DNA of 64,000 bases. Source: Sulfurimonas sp. GTDB lineage: Bacteria; Campylobacterota; Campylobacteria; Campylobacterales; Sulfurimonadaceae. Position numbers and translations under genes: made by a program. Each line of letters opens with the position of its first letter. Within the stretch, counting starts at the first letter, position 1. Location of the stretch: NCBI RefSeq assembly GCF_028714975.1, contig NZ_JAQTLH010000005.1, positions 53,957 to 117,956 on the forward strand, in the 5' to 3' direction. A model generated the notes under the pieces. It had not been told where the DNA came from. It did not search any database and was given only the letters and a program-made list of their open reading frames with translations. Below, piece by piece: positions 55,151 through 63,864 of this stretch.

Positions 55151-55400
55151 AACCCAACCCCTTGTTCTTTTTTATATTTTACCATTATTTTTCAAAAGCC
55201 TCTTTTAAAACTGCTTGTATTTGAGCTATTGATTTGAGTATCCAGTTCATCACAAATTTTAAAAAGATTTTCTATTTTTAAATTCACTTTCTACGATGTC
55301 ATTTTGATATTCTAATATATTCTGAATAGAGTTTAATATAATATTCTCTCTAATATATTAATATTCGAGATGTCACTAACAAGTTTTTTTATATTTGTGC

Positions 55401-57068
55401 TCATGGTAATTCCTCTCCATGTATGTCTCTATGTAGTTTTTTAAGAATTTGTATAGTATTAATAAGTTCTTGTTTATATATAGGAACTTTCATAGTATCA
55501 TGAGATAAAGGATTTAGTAATAGCCTTGTGAATTCATCTAATGATTCTAATGTTTGTTTTAAATCTTGAATCTTTTTCTTTTTAAAATTTTGAAATATTT
55601 TTAATTCATTTCTCATAAAAACTAAAATTTCATCTTTTTTAGGGTTGTCGTTTAATTCATCATCAATAAAGTCTTTAAATTCTCTTTTCTCAATTAATAT
55701 TTCTATAGCATCTAGTATCTCTTTATACTTTCCAATATTATTATCAGCTTTAGCTTGAGTAAGCATATCTTTAAACTTAGTAAATTCTTCATCTTGATTA
55801 AATACTATATCTGTTAAGTGATTTTGATTGATATACTTTAATAGTCTTTCAGCTTCTTTTCTTAAATAGTTAGCACATGCTGGATAATCGTGTTTGACTA
55901 AATAATATTCAGCTTTAATAAAATAATCTTCATGAGGGATAATTAATGGCTTTTCAATGCTTGCAGAATCATTAACATACATTTCAAAATACTTCCATTT
56001 ATTTCGTTGAATAGTATCAAATTTATTTTTAGCCATTTGAAAAAAAGCTTTATCATGCGTGAGTATAATGAATTGAAAATTTTTAAAATTATCATCATTT
56101 AGTAAAATATTCAATACTGTATCACGATTGGACATATCAAGCGATACCAGTAAGTCGTCAAGAACCAATATTTTTAACTCACTATCTTTTAGCTTTATTT
56201 GACTAATTGCTAATCTTACTGAAAGTGCAATTGCTGTTAATTTAGCCTCATTAAAATAACTTTGTGGTCTATGAACTGGTAGCATCTCGCCACTACTTTT
56301 CTTGACTGTAATAACTAATTTAATTTTAGGTTTTAACAATACTTGTTTGTCATATTTTCCATTAATAATTTCTACTTTTATCTTGATATCTTTAAAATTA
56401 AATTTTATTAAATAAGTATTTGTAGGTAAATTTATATCTTCTACTTTTGATCTCAGCAAGCTATTAAATTGAGCTAATTTCGATATTAAGTTGATGTAAT
56501 CAGTTTTTTCTACAATCTTTCTAGGTTTATGTTTATTTAGCTCAAGTATTTCATTCCATAAATTTCCAAGATTAACACCATCTTTATCCAATATATGAAA
56601 TATTTCATATTCAAATAAAGAGAATAAATCAATATGTTCTTTATGTAAAAAATTAAAAAATCTAAATAAATATTTATAGTTAATAAAATCACTAGCTAAA
56701 TTGGCATTTGCAATAATTTTATCTTCTTTATTTGTATCTATTGTGTTTTTTGAAATAGTAAAATATTTGTTGTCTGCGTGTGGTTTTTGTAAAGAAATTT
56801 TTACAAATGACTTTTCATCATCATCTTCATGAATATTTACTAGAGATTTTTCATTTTCATTCTCTTGTGTTGATTGAGTAAAGTATTCCTTGATTTTTAT
56901 ATCATTCTTGAAACTACTTTGTAATAATGTGTATAATGACCAATATACTGTGCTTTTACCACTCCCATTCTCACCATAAATTAAAATATTTTTATTTTCA
57001 AATTCTAAGGAGTCTGTGTCTAAAAAAAATTTAAAAAACTTAATATCAAGTGTATTTATTTTATACAT
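55401..57068 (-). CDS. ABC/SMC-type ATPase resembling the PrrC/RloA (AAA_13-like) family, with an uncharacterised helical C-terminal domain
   Basis: Walker A 'IYGENGSGKST'. Signature-like 'YFNEAKLTAIALSVRLAI'. Walker B 'LKILVLDDLLVSLD'. D-loop/H-loop 'IILTHD'. The C-terminal ~190 aa is helical with 'YLRKEAERLL' and 'LLNPLSHD'. The start lies 1 nt after the methyltransferase stop. Confidence 0.65.
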   Translation of the reverse strand: MYKINTLDIKFFKFFLDTDSLEFENKNILIYGENGSGKSTVYWSLYTLLQSSFKNDIKIKEYFTQSTQENENEKSLVNIHEDDDEKSFVKISLQKPHADNKYFTISKNTIDTNKEDKIIANANLASDFINYKYLFRFFNFLHKEHIDLFSLFEYEIFHILDKDGVNLGNLWNEILELNKHKPRKIVEKTDYINLISKLAQFNSLLRSKVEDINLPTNTYLIKFNFKDIKIKVEIINGKYDKQVLLKPKIKLVITVKKSSGEMLPVHRPQSYFNEAKLTAIALSVRLAISQIKLKDSELKILVLDDLLVSLDMSNRDTVLNILLNDDNFKNFQFIILTHDKAFFQMAKNKFDTIQRNKWKYFEMYVNDSASIEKPLIIPHEDYFIKAEYYLVKHDYPACANYLRKEAERLLKYINQNHLTDIVFNQDEEFTKFKDMLTQAKADNNIGKYKEILDAIEILIEKREFKDFIDDELNDNPKKDEILVFMRNELKIFQNFKKKKIQDLKQTLESLDEFTRLLLNPLSHDTMKVPIYKQELINTIQILKKLHRDIHGEELP

Positions 57069-57069
57069 A

Positions 57070-60000
57070 CTAAACCTTCTTGATATAGCTAATTATCTCT
57101 TTTAATTCTGTGTCAATTAGCATTAAGTTATTACGAATTTTATTATAAGGTTCTTTGAGTGTGCTAAATGTTTGATTGATGATCTCTATCTTTTCGGAAA
57201 GCTTTTTATCTTCAATACTTTTATATTCTTTTGATACATAAGAGACAAATTCAAGATTTTTATTTGAAAAATCATTACTAAAATATAGCTCATATACCAT
57301 CGCATCTAATATTTCTTCAAAACTTTCTGTGATATGTTGATTTGACACATATTCATTAATTGGCTCATTCAATGAATTTAAACACACTATATAATCCACT
57401 AATATTTCGAAAGGCTTTGTATTGTCAATTTTTTTTATTGGTATATCTAAGATAGGCTCTTTATCAACTTGATAGTTATCTCCTTGCATTTTACCCTTAT
57501 ATTTGAGCCAAAAGGCTATTAATTTAGAATTTAAAATTGCCGTTAAGTATTTCAAACTAATTCTTTTAGATTTTATTACATAAAATGCTTGATTTACATA
57601 GCTATCAAAATCAACATAGGTAAAAACTGGTCTATTAACACATTTTCTTAGTGATAATATTTTTTCGTCTTTAAAAAAATATTCATTTCTAGCTCTATGA
57701 ATACCATACGGTTTATTGTCTGAAGTTATAATTTTTTTAAATTTATCTAAATGTATTTTTAAATTTGAATATGAGTTCATACTATCTGCTCTTTTAAAAC
57801 TACTATCAGTGTATATTATCCAATATTCATTCTCTATGTTAGATTTATATCGTCCTATTTCTTTTGAAGTATATAGAGGTTTAATTAAAGATAATTCCTT
57901 AGCAGAGAGGTTTAAATTATTTTTCTCTTCTGTCGTTAGGTTAAATATACCTTGATTGAGTTCAAAAGTATTTCCTAAAGTTTCAAGAGATTGTTTTGTT
58001 ACATTGTCATTTGGTGTTACTATTCCTTGCGCCACCTCTTCTTTTTTATCTAAAATAAAATTTCTATTACTTTCAATTTTGTCTAAAATAGAAGATATGT
58101 CTGATTCTAGAAATGTGATATTTTTATCAATTAAATCTTTTTTAATAATGACAGAATTATATATGGAGAATTTAAGATTATATTTTTTTCTTAAAAACTT
58201 TGATAATTCATTTTTTGACAAATTTTTGTTTATGACTTTAGAATAATTACAGGTATATTTTTCATTACTAATGTTTTTTTGTAAAAACATTATCATTGTT
58301 TGTATTCCAGCAGTATCAAAAACTTTATAATCCCCAAAATCGATAAACTCTTTAATGACAGATGAATTTAAAAGTTTATTCCGAAATTTTGAGGCTCCAA
58401 AATTACTAATCCAGTTATTTGTTGCTATGAAAGACAAAATACCATTTGGTTTTAATAAGTCAATTCCTTTACAAGCGAATAGATACCAAAGATCCATTTT
58501 TCCTTGATAGCATTCTAAAACCTTAGTTCTATTAAAAGCTGACTTATTAGTATATTCCTTAATATATGGTGGATTGCCAATTATTACATCAAAACCTTTA
58601 TTATTTAATACTTCAGCAAAGTACAGTTTATAAAAAAATAGTTCTGTTGTTGGTCGTTTTTTTACTAATTCCGTTAAAGATATATCTTCATTTAATTTTT
58701 GAATTATGTCCGTTTGTTTTTTGTCAAAACCGAATAAATTTATATTATTTAACTGACTTTTTAATTCTTCATTGTGTTTATCAAGTTTTTTATTTAGTAT
58801 ATCATCGATTTTATGCTCTATACTTTCTTGTATTTTTGTTTTTTCTGAGTTAGTATGAGCATTATAAAATTTGTGTAATAGTATTTGAATTTCATCAATT
58901 ATAGTCTCATCGGTAGAAAATAATGAGTTTGAATCTTTTTCCAGTGGGTCAAATCCATGAATTGTTTCTAGCAAGCTATTTCCAACCATTATTTTATAAA
59001 ATAAATTTGGTAAAGGTGTTGGTTCCTCTTCATCAACTACGATACTTAACCAAAATCTTAATTTCGCGATTTCTACCGCACTTTGTTCTATATCTATTCC
59101 ATAAATACTATTTTCAATCACTTTTCTTTTTAGTTGTCCAATATTAGCTGTTTTATCAATATTTGAAAGAACAGAAACTATTTCATGTAACATACCCATA
59201 GGAAAAGCACCTGAACCAATAGCTGGGTCTAAAACCTTTATATTGAATAATTGGTTTTCTATTGCTTTTGCATTTTTTCTAATAAAAGTATTATCTGTAC
59301 TTTGATTAAAGACCAACTCTTCAATAGCTGTTATATCGTCAAAATAATTTAATAGATAGTTTATAATTGACTTTTGACACATATAATGAACTATTTCTCT
59401 AGGAGTATAATAAGCACCCTTATCTTTTCTATCTTCAAGTAAATCTTCAAATACACGACCAAGCATTTCAGGGTCAATTGCTATTTCACTATCGTCAGGA
59501 GAATCCTCTATAATTGTAAAATTATAACTATCAAAAATTTCAAATATATCTCTAAAAAGAGAGTTGTCTAATATGATATTTAAAGTATCAAATTCATCTT
59601 TACTAAATAATCCACCATTTAAAAATGGCATTTTACATTTTAATTTTTCAAAGTAATCGTTTTCTCTTTTTTCATTCAGTGCTTCAAAAAATATAGGTTG
59701 TAAAATATCCATATAATAGTTATCGTATTGTATGTATTTATCATATTCATTGTTAAAACATTTTGTTAAGAACTTTTTATCTCCATTTTTCCAGTTGTCA
59801 TCACTTCCTAACCAACCTTTTTTTTCTAAAAAGTATAAAAATACAATTCTCCCCAAAAGTTTTTTCGTAAATAATTTTAATTTAATTTCACTCCCAAAAT
59901 AAGCCATTTGAGGATTTAGATAATCAGATATTTCAAAGTATAATTCTTTATATTGTTTGAAAAATTCTTTTGATACTTTTTCAACCCCAAAAGCATCTTG

Positions 60001-60489
60001 CAAGACTTCTATACTTGGATGTTTTAAATCATTTAATTGAGAATATGCTGTTTTTGTAGCAATATCTTTCCCAAGCACATAGGTATATCGCTTTAGATTT
60101 GACACTTGTTGCTTATTATCTTCATCATAGCTAAATCGTATAAAAGAAAGTCTAAATATTTCATTTTTTAAAGGATTATAAAAGATTGCTATTGCACCAT
60201 CAAGAAGTTCGTCTTCAACTCTTTTTTTTAGTATTGTATTTAAAGACACCCTATTATTTTCGATATCTACTTTTTCAGTTGATAGGAATTCAAAAAAACC
60301 TATTTCTTTTCCATCATCAAGTGCAACTTGCCCTAAAAATTTATATTTTTGAATATTTTTTTGTTCTACTTCAGTATCTGGAATTTGGTAGTCAATATCA
60401 TTCTCTTCAAATCCGTAAAACTTATCATAGATAAACTCTATAAAATTTTCTTTGCTATAACTTGATTGTAAAAATTTTTTAATATCCAA
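57070..60489 (-). CDS. Large gamma-class N6-adenine DNA methyltransferase (Eco57I/TaqI-like catalytic core plus C-terminal target-recognition region); no nuclease motif seen
   Basis: Motif I 'VLDPAIGSGAFPMG' precedes motif IV 'VIIGNPPYIKEY'. A TaqI_C-like 'YQVDKEPILDIPI' is present. The N-terminal ~350 aa has unknown function, and I could not find a D...ExK motif in it. Confidence 0.8.
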   Translation of the reverse strand: MDIKKFLQSSYSKENFIEFIYDKFYGFEENDIDYQIPDTEVEQKNIQKYKFLGQVALDDGKEIGFFEFLSTEKVDIENNRVSLNTILKKRVEDELLDGAIAIFYNPLKNEIFRLSFIRFSYDEDNKQQVSNLKRYTYVLGKDIATKTAYSQLNDLKHPSIEVLQDAFGVEKVSKEFFKQYKELYFEISDYLNPQMAYFGSEIKLKLFTKKLLGRIVFLYFLEKKGWLGSDDNWKNGDKKFLTKCFNNEYDKYIQYDNYYMDILQPIFFEALNEKRENDYFEKLKCKMPFLNGGLFSKDEFDTLNIILDNSLFRDIFEIFDSYNFTIIEDSPDDSEIAIDPEMLGRVFEDLLEDRKDKGAYYTPREIVHYMCQKSIINYLLNYFDDITAIEELVFNQSTDNTFIRKNAKAIENQLFNIKVLDPAIGSGAFPMGMLHEIVSVLSNIDKTANIGQLKRKVIENSIYGIDIEQSAVEIAKLRFWLSIVVDEEEPTPLPNLFYKIMVGNSLLETIHGFDPLEKDSNSLFSTDETIIDEIQILLHKFYNAHTNSEKTKIQESIEHKIDDILNKKLDKHNEELKSQLNNINLFGFDKKQTDIIQKLNEDISLTELVKKRPTTELFFYKLYFAEVLNNKGFDVIIGNPPYIKEYTNKSAFNRTKVLECYQGKMDLWYLFACKGIDLLKPNGILSFIATNNWISNFGASKFRNKLLNSSVIKEFIDFGDYKVFDTAGIQTMIMFLQKNISNEKYTCNYSKVINKNLSKNELSKFLRKKYNLKFSIYNSVIIKKDLIDKNITFLESDISSILDKIESNRNFILDKKEEVAQGIVTPNDNVTKQSLETLGNTFELNQGIFNLTTEEKNNLNLSAKELSLIKPLYTSKEIGRYKSNIENEYWIIYTDSSFKRADSMNSYSNLKIHLDKFKKIITSDNKPYGIHRARNEYFFKDEKILSLRKCVNRPVFTYVDFDSYVNQAFYVIKSKRISLKYLTAILNSKLIAFWLKYKGKMQGDNYQVDKEPILDIPIKKIDNTKPFEILVDYIVCLNSLNEPINEYVSNQHITESFEEILDAMVYELYFSNDFSNKNLEFVSYVSKEYKSIEDKKLSEKIEIINQTFSTLKEPYNKIRNNLMLIDTELKEIISYIKKV

Positions 60490-60506
60490 GGCTTGTCCTT
60501 TTAATG

Positions 60507-63500
60507 CTAAACAAATGTTTCACTTAAAATAATATCCATATTAATTTTAAATTTTTGTTGCTCTTTTTTTGTTTCAAATAAACTATATTTGTCTTGTAGT
60601 TTATTGATTTCTTTAGCTATTTCATAATCTTGATATTTTTTAGAAATAGAAATTACTTCCTTACTAAGATTTTGTAATTTACCATCTCTAATTGTTTTTG
60701 TAAAAATATTAAATGTTTCTTTCTCAATAAACTCTTTATCTATCCAAGATTTAAACAACTTAATAGCTTGTTTATCAAACTTGTGTTCAACTCGTATATT
60801 TGTAGTTTGATGGGCGATACCATTTAATTCTTTTTCATAAAATTTCATAGCAGTTTGAACATGCTCATAGTGATAATTTTGTATAGGTAATATAGCCACT
60901 TCTTTTCTATCAGTTTTTAATTCTGTCGCCATTTGAATAAAATTTACTGCTTCACATTTTTCATTATTAACTTTGTAGTAGTTCTTTGATTCATAGTTCT
61001 TTATAAAAACAAATGAAGCCTCTTTTACATTTTCTATGTCTCTTTGAACTCTGACTTTTTTAGGTAATTTATATAGTGCATTGAATTTTTTAGGATTTGC
61101 TTCTTTAAAAGTTCTAATTTCTTCTAAATATTTCAATTCTTCGTCAGGCTTTTCAATATCTGTTTCGTATAGTGCAACAGTTCCAACTTTTTCATCTTTT
61201 GAATAGATTTGACTATCCTCTCCGACTGCATGGTGAAAAGTTTGTAATTTTATAAATGCTTTTTTAGATAGTTCTATTAGGCTTTCACTTTGAGCTGTTG
61301 GCTTAAAGTTATATATGAAGATTTCACTATGCTTCGTTCCAATACGATTTATCCTACCAATTCTTTGCATTAGTCGTGTAGAGTTCCAAGGAATATCATA
61401 GTTATAAACTATATTAGCCCGATGCATATTAACACCCTCACTTAAAGTGTCAGTTGAAATAATTACATTATATTCATCTTTTTGTGTAGAATAATTAGCA
61501 TCAAAATTTTCTCTAATGGTGTCTCTTAATTTATCTCTATTTCCACCATGAACAGTTAAAACTTTATTATAGTCTTGAAGCTCTTGTTCAAGATAAAGAG
61601 CAGTTTGTTTTGATTCTGTAAAAACTACAATTTTACCTTCAGTGTGAGTATCTAAAATAGATTTAAATTTCTCTAACTTAGGGTCATAATCAACTTTATT
61701 CCATAAGTTTATTAAATCTTCTAAAATAAGTAAATCACTTTCTAATTGTTCTAAAAACTCATTTGTAAAATCACTTGAATCAAATGCTTTCATTTTTTCA
61801 TTTTCTAAAAAATAATCAATTCTACTTTCAAAGTCTTCCTCATCCTTGTCAATCATATCGTAAAGATTGAAATGTTTAGAAGGGATATAAACAACACCTG
61901 ATTTGAACATTTGAATTAAATAGTCAAGGTTTTTAGTTTGTTTATTTATTGTAGATTTAAAAGCAGTGAATGAACTTTCAAGTCGTTTGACTAACATCGT
62001 TTTCATAATATCGGCAAGACTTAAGGCACTTTTTTCAAAAAAACCTTCTTGTACTTGTCCATATTTTTTTCTGCCAGATTGATTTAGATTAGCTAGAATC
62101 TGATATCTGTAATACTGTAAATCTTTTGTCAGAATTGTAATCGTTTTATCAAAGATTTCAAGTAGATTATCATCTAGCTTATATTCAAGTTCAATAACAG
62201 GATTAATAATTGGAATATTTAAACCTTGCTCTATTAAATCTTTTTTATAAGTTTCATTTATTTGTATATCAGTTCTTGTTCTCCTAACCATTACTTCTCG
62301 TAAAATATTATCTCTAACTCTTTTTGATAATCTTTCAAGTTCAATCAGCTCACTAGAAGATAATTCAAGAGAGTTTTCTTTTTTACCAATTATCTCTTTG
62401 TATTGTTTGTCAATACTTGCAAAAAAACTTTCTAAATTTGGATGTGAATCAATTGTTGAATTTCTTTTATCTTGAAATAAATATAATTGATTAGCAATAT
62501 CTTGTGGTTTGTTATTTAATGGTGTAGCGGATACAAGAAGTATCTTTTTTTTGTATTTAACTTCTTCTTTACAAATTCTCTCCAACTCTTTATATCGCGA
62601 AGTAGAAAAGTTCTTGAATTTATGAGATTCATCAATTATAATCATTTCATAATCTTCTGTATCTTTTATTTTTTCCAATGCTCCATACGATTTAAATACA
62701 AAGTGTCTAATACTTCCTATCTGAAATCTTTTAAATGTTTCAACCCACTCTTTTTCAATAGACGGAGGGGCGATAATTAGTATTTGACCTTTTGTCTCAA
62801 AACATAATTTTTTAATAATCATTGCACTTGTTATAGTCTTTCCAAGTCCAACAACATCCGATAGAAAAAAGCCATTATGCCTTCTGATTTTAGATAATCC
62901 CTCATTAACTGCATCAATTTGATATGCTAACTTCATATATCCTTTTGGTAAGTCATCTGCAACAGAAGAGTCATAATCAACTCTATCTTCAAAATGTTCT
63001 ATTAAAAATTTCAAATATAGTTCATAAGGAGTTATCTCTTTGAGATAGCTATTCTGCTTAATAGTGTCTATATCAGTTTCAGTAATTTCAATAGATTTAG
63101 CCCATAAGTCTTCAAATTCAGTTAATGCAAACTCTATATCTTCACTATATTTTAGTTCAACATTAAATTCATAATTTTTAGATAAACCATTTTCAGTAAG
63201 ATTTGAGCTACCTGTAATAACTGAACCTCTGTATTCAGTAGTTCCATCATGCCGCTCAATGTTATTTTCTCGTAAAATATATATTTTAGAATGTATGTTT
63301 TTATCTTGTGAAATTTTTATTTCAAGGCGGTTTTCAACAATCATTTTTATAAATAAATTTACACTTTCATCGATCGACTGAGAATACTCTTCTTTTTCTA
63401 AAATATCTTTTTGATTATCAACAAACTCTTGATTAAACTTTTCATAATCTAATAAATTGAATTTTTTACCCCTATTCTTAGCATCAATAGTAAGTTTATC

Positions 63501-63689
63501 AACATTAATACCTACAAGAATTCTAACTTTTTCAATGTTATTAAGTAGTGAGGCTATTTTTTTAAAACCACTAATTCTAAAATAACCTATTAAAAATTCT
63601 AAGTTTTTAATATCATAATGTGTGAGAATATCTTTCAGCCTATTCTCTAATGTATTAGTATCTTGATTTGTGAAAAATTTGGAGTTCAT
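60507..63689 (-). CDS. PLD-family nuclease domain fused to an SNF2-family helicase/translocase
   Basis: N-terminus 'EFLIGYFRISGF' plus 'NIHSKIYILRE...GSSNLTENGL' (single HKD-type motif). Helicase motif I 'VVGLGKTITS', II 'IIIDESHKFKN', III 'VSATPLNN', VI 'LMQRIGRINRIG'. The C-terminal ~250 aa is unassigned. Confidence 0.8.
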   Translation of the reverse strand: MNSKFFTNQDTNTLENRLKDILTHYDIKNLEFLIGYFRISGFKKIASLLNNIEKVRILVGINVDKLTIDAKNRGKKFNLLDYEKFNQEFVDNQKDILEKEEYSQSIDESVNLFIKMIVENRLEIKISQDKNIHSKIYILRENNIERHDGTTEYRGSVITGSSNLTENGLSKNYEFNVELKYSEDIEFALTEFEDLWAKSIEITETDIDTIKQNSYLKEITPYELYLKFLIEHFEDRVDYDSSVADDLPKGYMKLAYQIDAVNEGLSKIRRHNGFFLSDVVGLGKTITSAMIIKKLCFETKGQILIIAPPSIEKEWVETFKRFQIGSIRHFVFKSYGALEKIKDTEDYEMIIIDESHKFKNFSTSRYKELERICKEEVKYKKKILLVSATPLNNKPQDIANQLYLFQDKRNSTIDSHPNLESFFASIDKQYKEIIGKKENSLELSSSELIELERLSKRVRDNILREVMVRRTRTDIQINETYKKDLIEQGLNIPIINPVIELEYKLDDNLLEIFDKTITILTKDLQYYRYQILANLNQSGRKKYGQVQEGFFEKSALSLADIMKTMLVKRLESSFTAFKSTINKQTKNLDYLIQMFKSGVVYIPSKHFNLYDMIDKDEEDFESRIDYFLENEKMKAFDSSDFTNEFLEQLESDLLILEDLINLWNKVDYDPKLEKFKSILDTHTEGKIVVFTESKQTALYLEQELQDYNKVLTVHGGNRDKLRDTIRENFDANYSTQKDEYNVIISTDTLSEGVNMHRANIVYNYDIPWNSTRLMQRIGRINRIGTKHSEIFIYNFKPTAQSESLIELSKKAFIKLQTFHHAVGEDSQIYSKDEKVGTVALYETDIEKPDEELKYLEEIRTFKEANPKKFNALYKLPKKVRVQRDIENVKEASFVFIKNYESKNYYKVNNEKCEAVNFIQMATELKTDRKEVAILPIQNYHYEHVQTAMKFYEKELNGIAHQTTNIRVEHKFDKQAIKLFKSWIDKEFIEKETFNIFTKTIRDGKLQNLSKEVISISKKYQDYEIAKEINKLQDKYSLFETKKEQQKFKINMDIILSETFV

Positions 63690-63764
63690 ATTTTATATTT
63701 CTTATAATTGATTTGCATCTTATTTTATCTAAATAAAACAAACATCCACCTTTTTTAAACTCTT

Positions 63765-63810
63765 CTTAACTTTCTAATTTTTGTTGATTAACAGAAATTA
63801 GAAAGTTAAG
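63765..63810. promoter_or_regulatory. Perfect 16-bp inverted repeat upstream of the PLD-SNF2 gene (operator or terminator of the upstream gene)
   Basis: CTTAACTTTCTAATTT-(14 nt)-AAATTAGAAAGTTAAG. It lies between the stop of the partial minus-strand ORF (63865) and the PLD-SNF2 start (63689). Confidence 0.5.
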
Positions 63811-63864
63811 AAAAGAAAGAATCACCCCTCAAAATCTTCAAATAGATTTTAAAAATTATAATTT

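Noticed and set aside
55151-55400. Possible decayed HsdS-like fragment in the 250-bp gap between the ATPase and the sce7726-like gene. The minus-strand frames read '..NILEYQNDIVESEFKN..' and 'VNLKIENLFKICDELDTQINSS..', reminiscent of the conserved L.EQ..I and CD.L..QI helices of type I S subunits.
   Set aside because: The fragments are about 20-30 aa long, interrupted by stops, and lie in very AT-rich DNA. The resemblance is too short to support without a profile search. The gap more plausibly just holds the promoter and RBS of the downstream cassette.
57716-60434. Series of + strand ORFs (about 74-96 aa) rich in Phe/Leu/Tyr, opposite the methyltransferase gene. Similar ORFs occur at 53022-54265 and 54552-54761.
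   Set aside because: These are typical antisense open frames in very AT-rich coding DNA. The minus-strand genes carry clear catalytic motifs.
51531-63689. Calling the island a canonical DISARM, BREX, Gabija, Septu or Lamassu system.
   Set aside because: I see no DrmA/DrmB (DUF1998), no PglZ/BrxC/BrxL, no TOPRIM (GajA) and no HNH partner (PtuB). There is no DUF4297-type LmuA next to the ATPase either. Only partial resemblance to DISARM class 1 (SNF2, PLD, N6A-MTase) remains.
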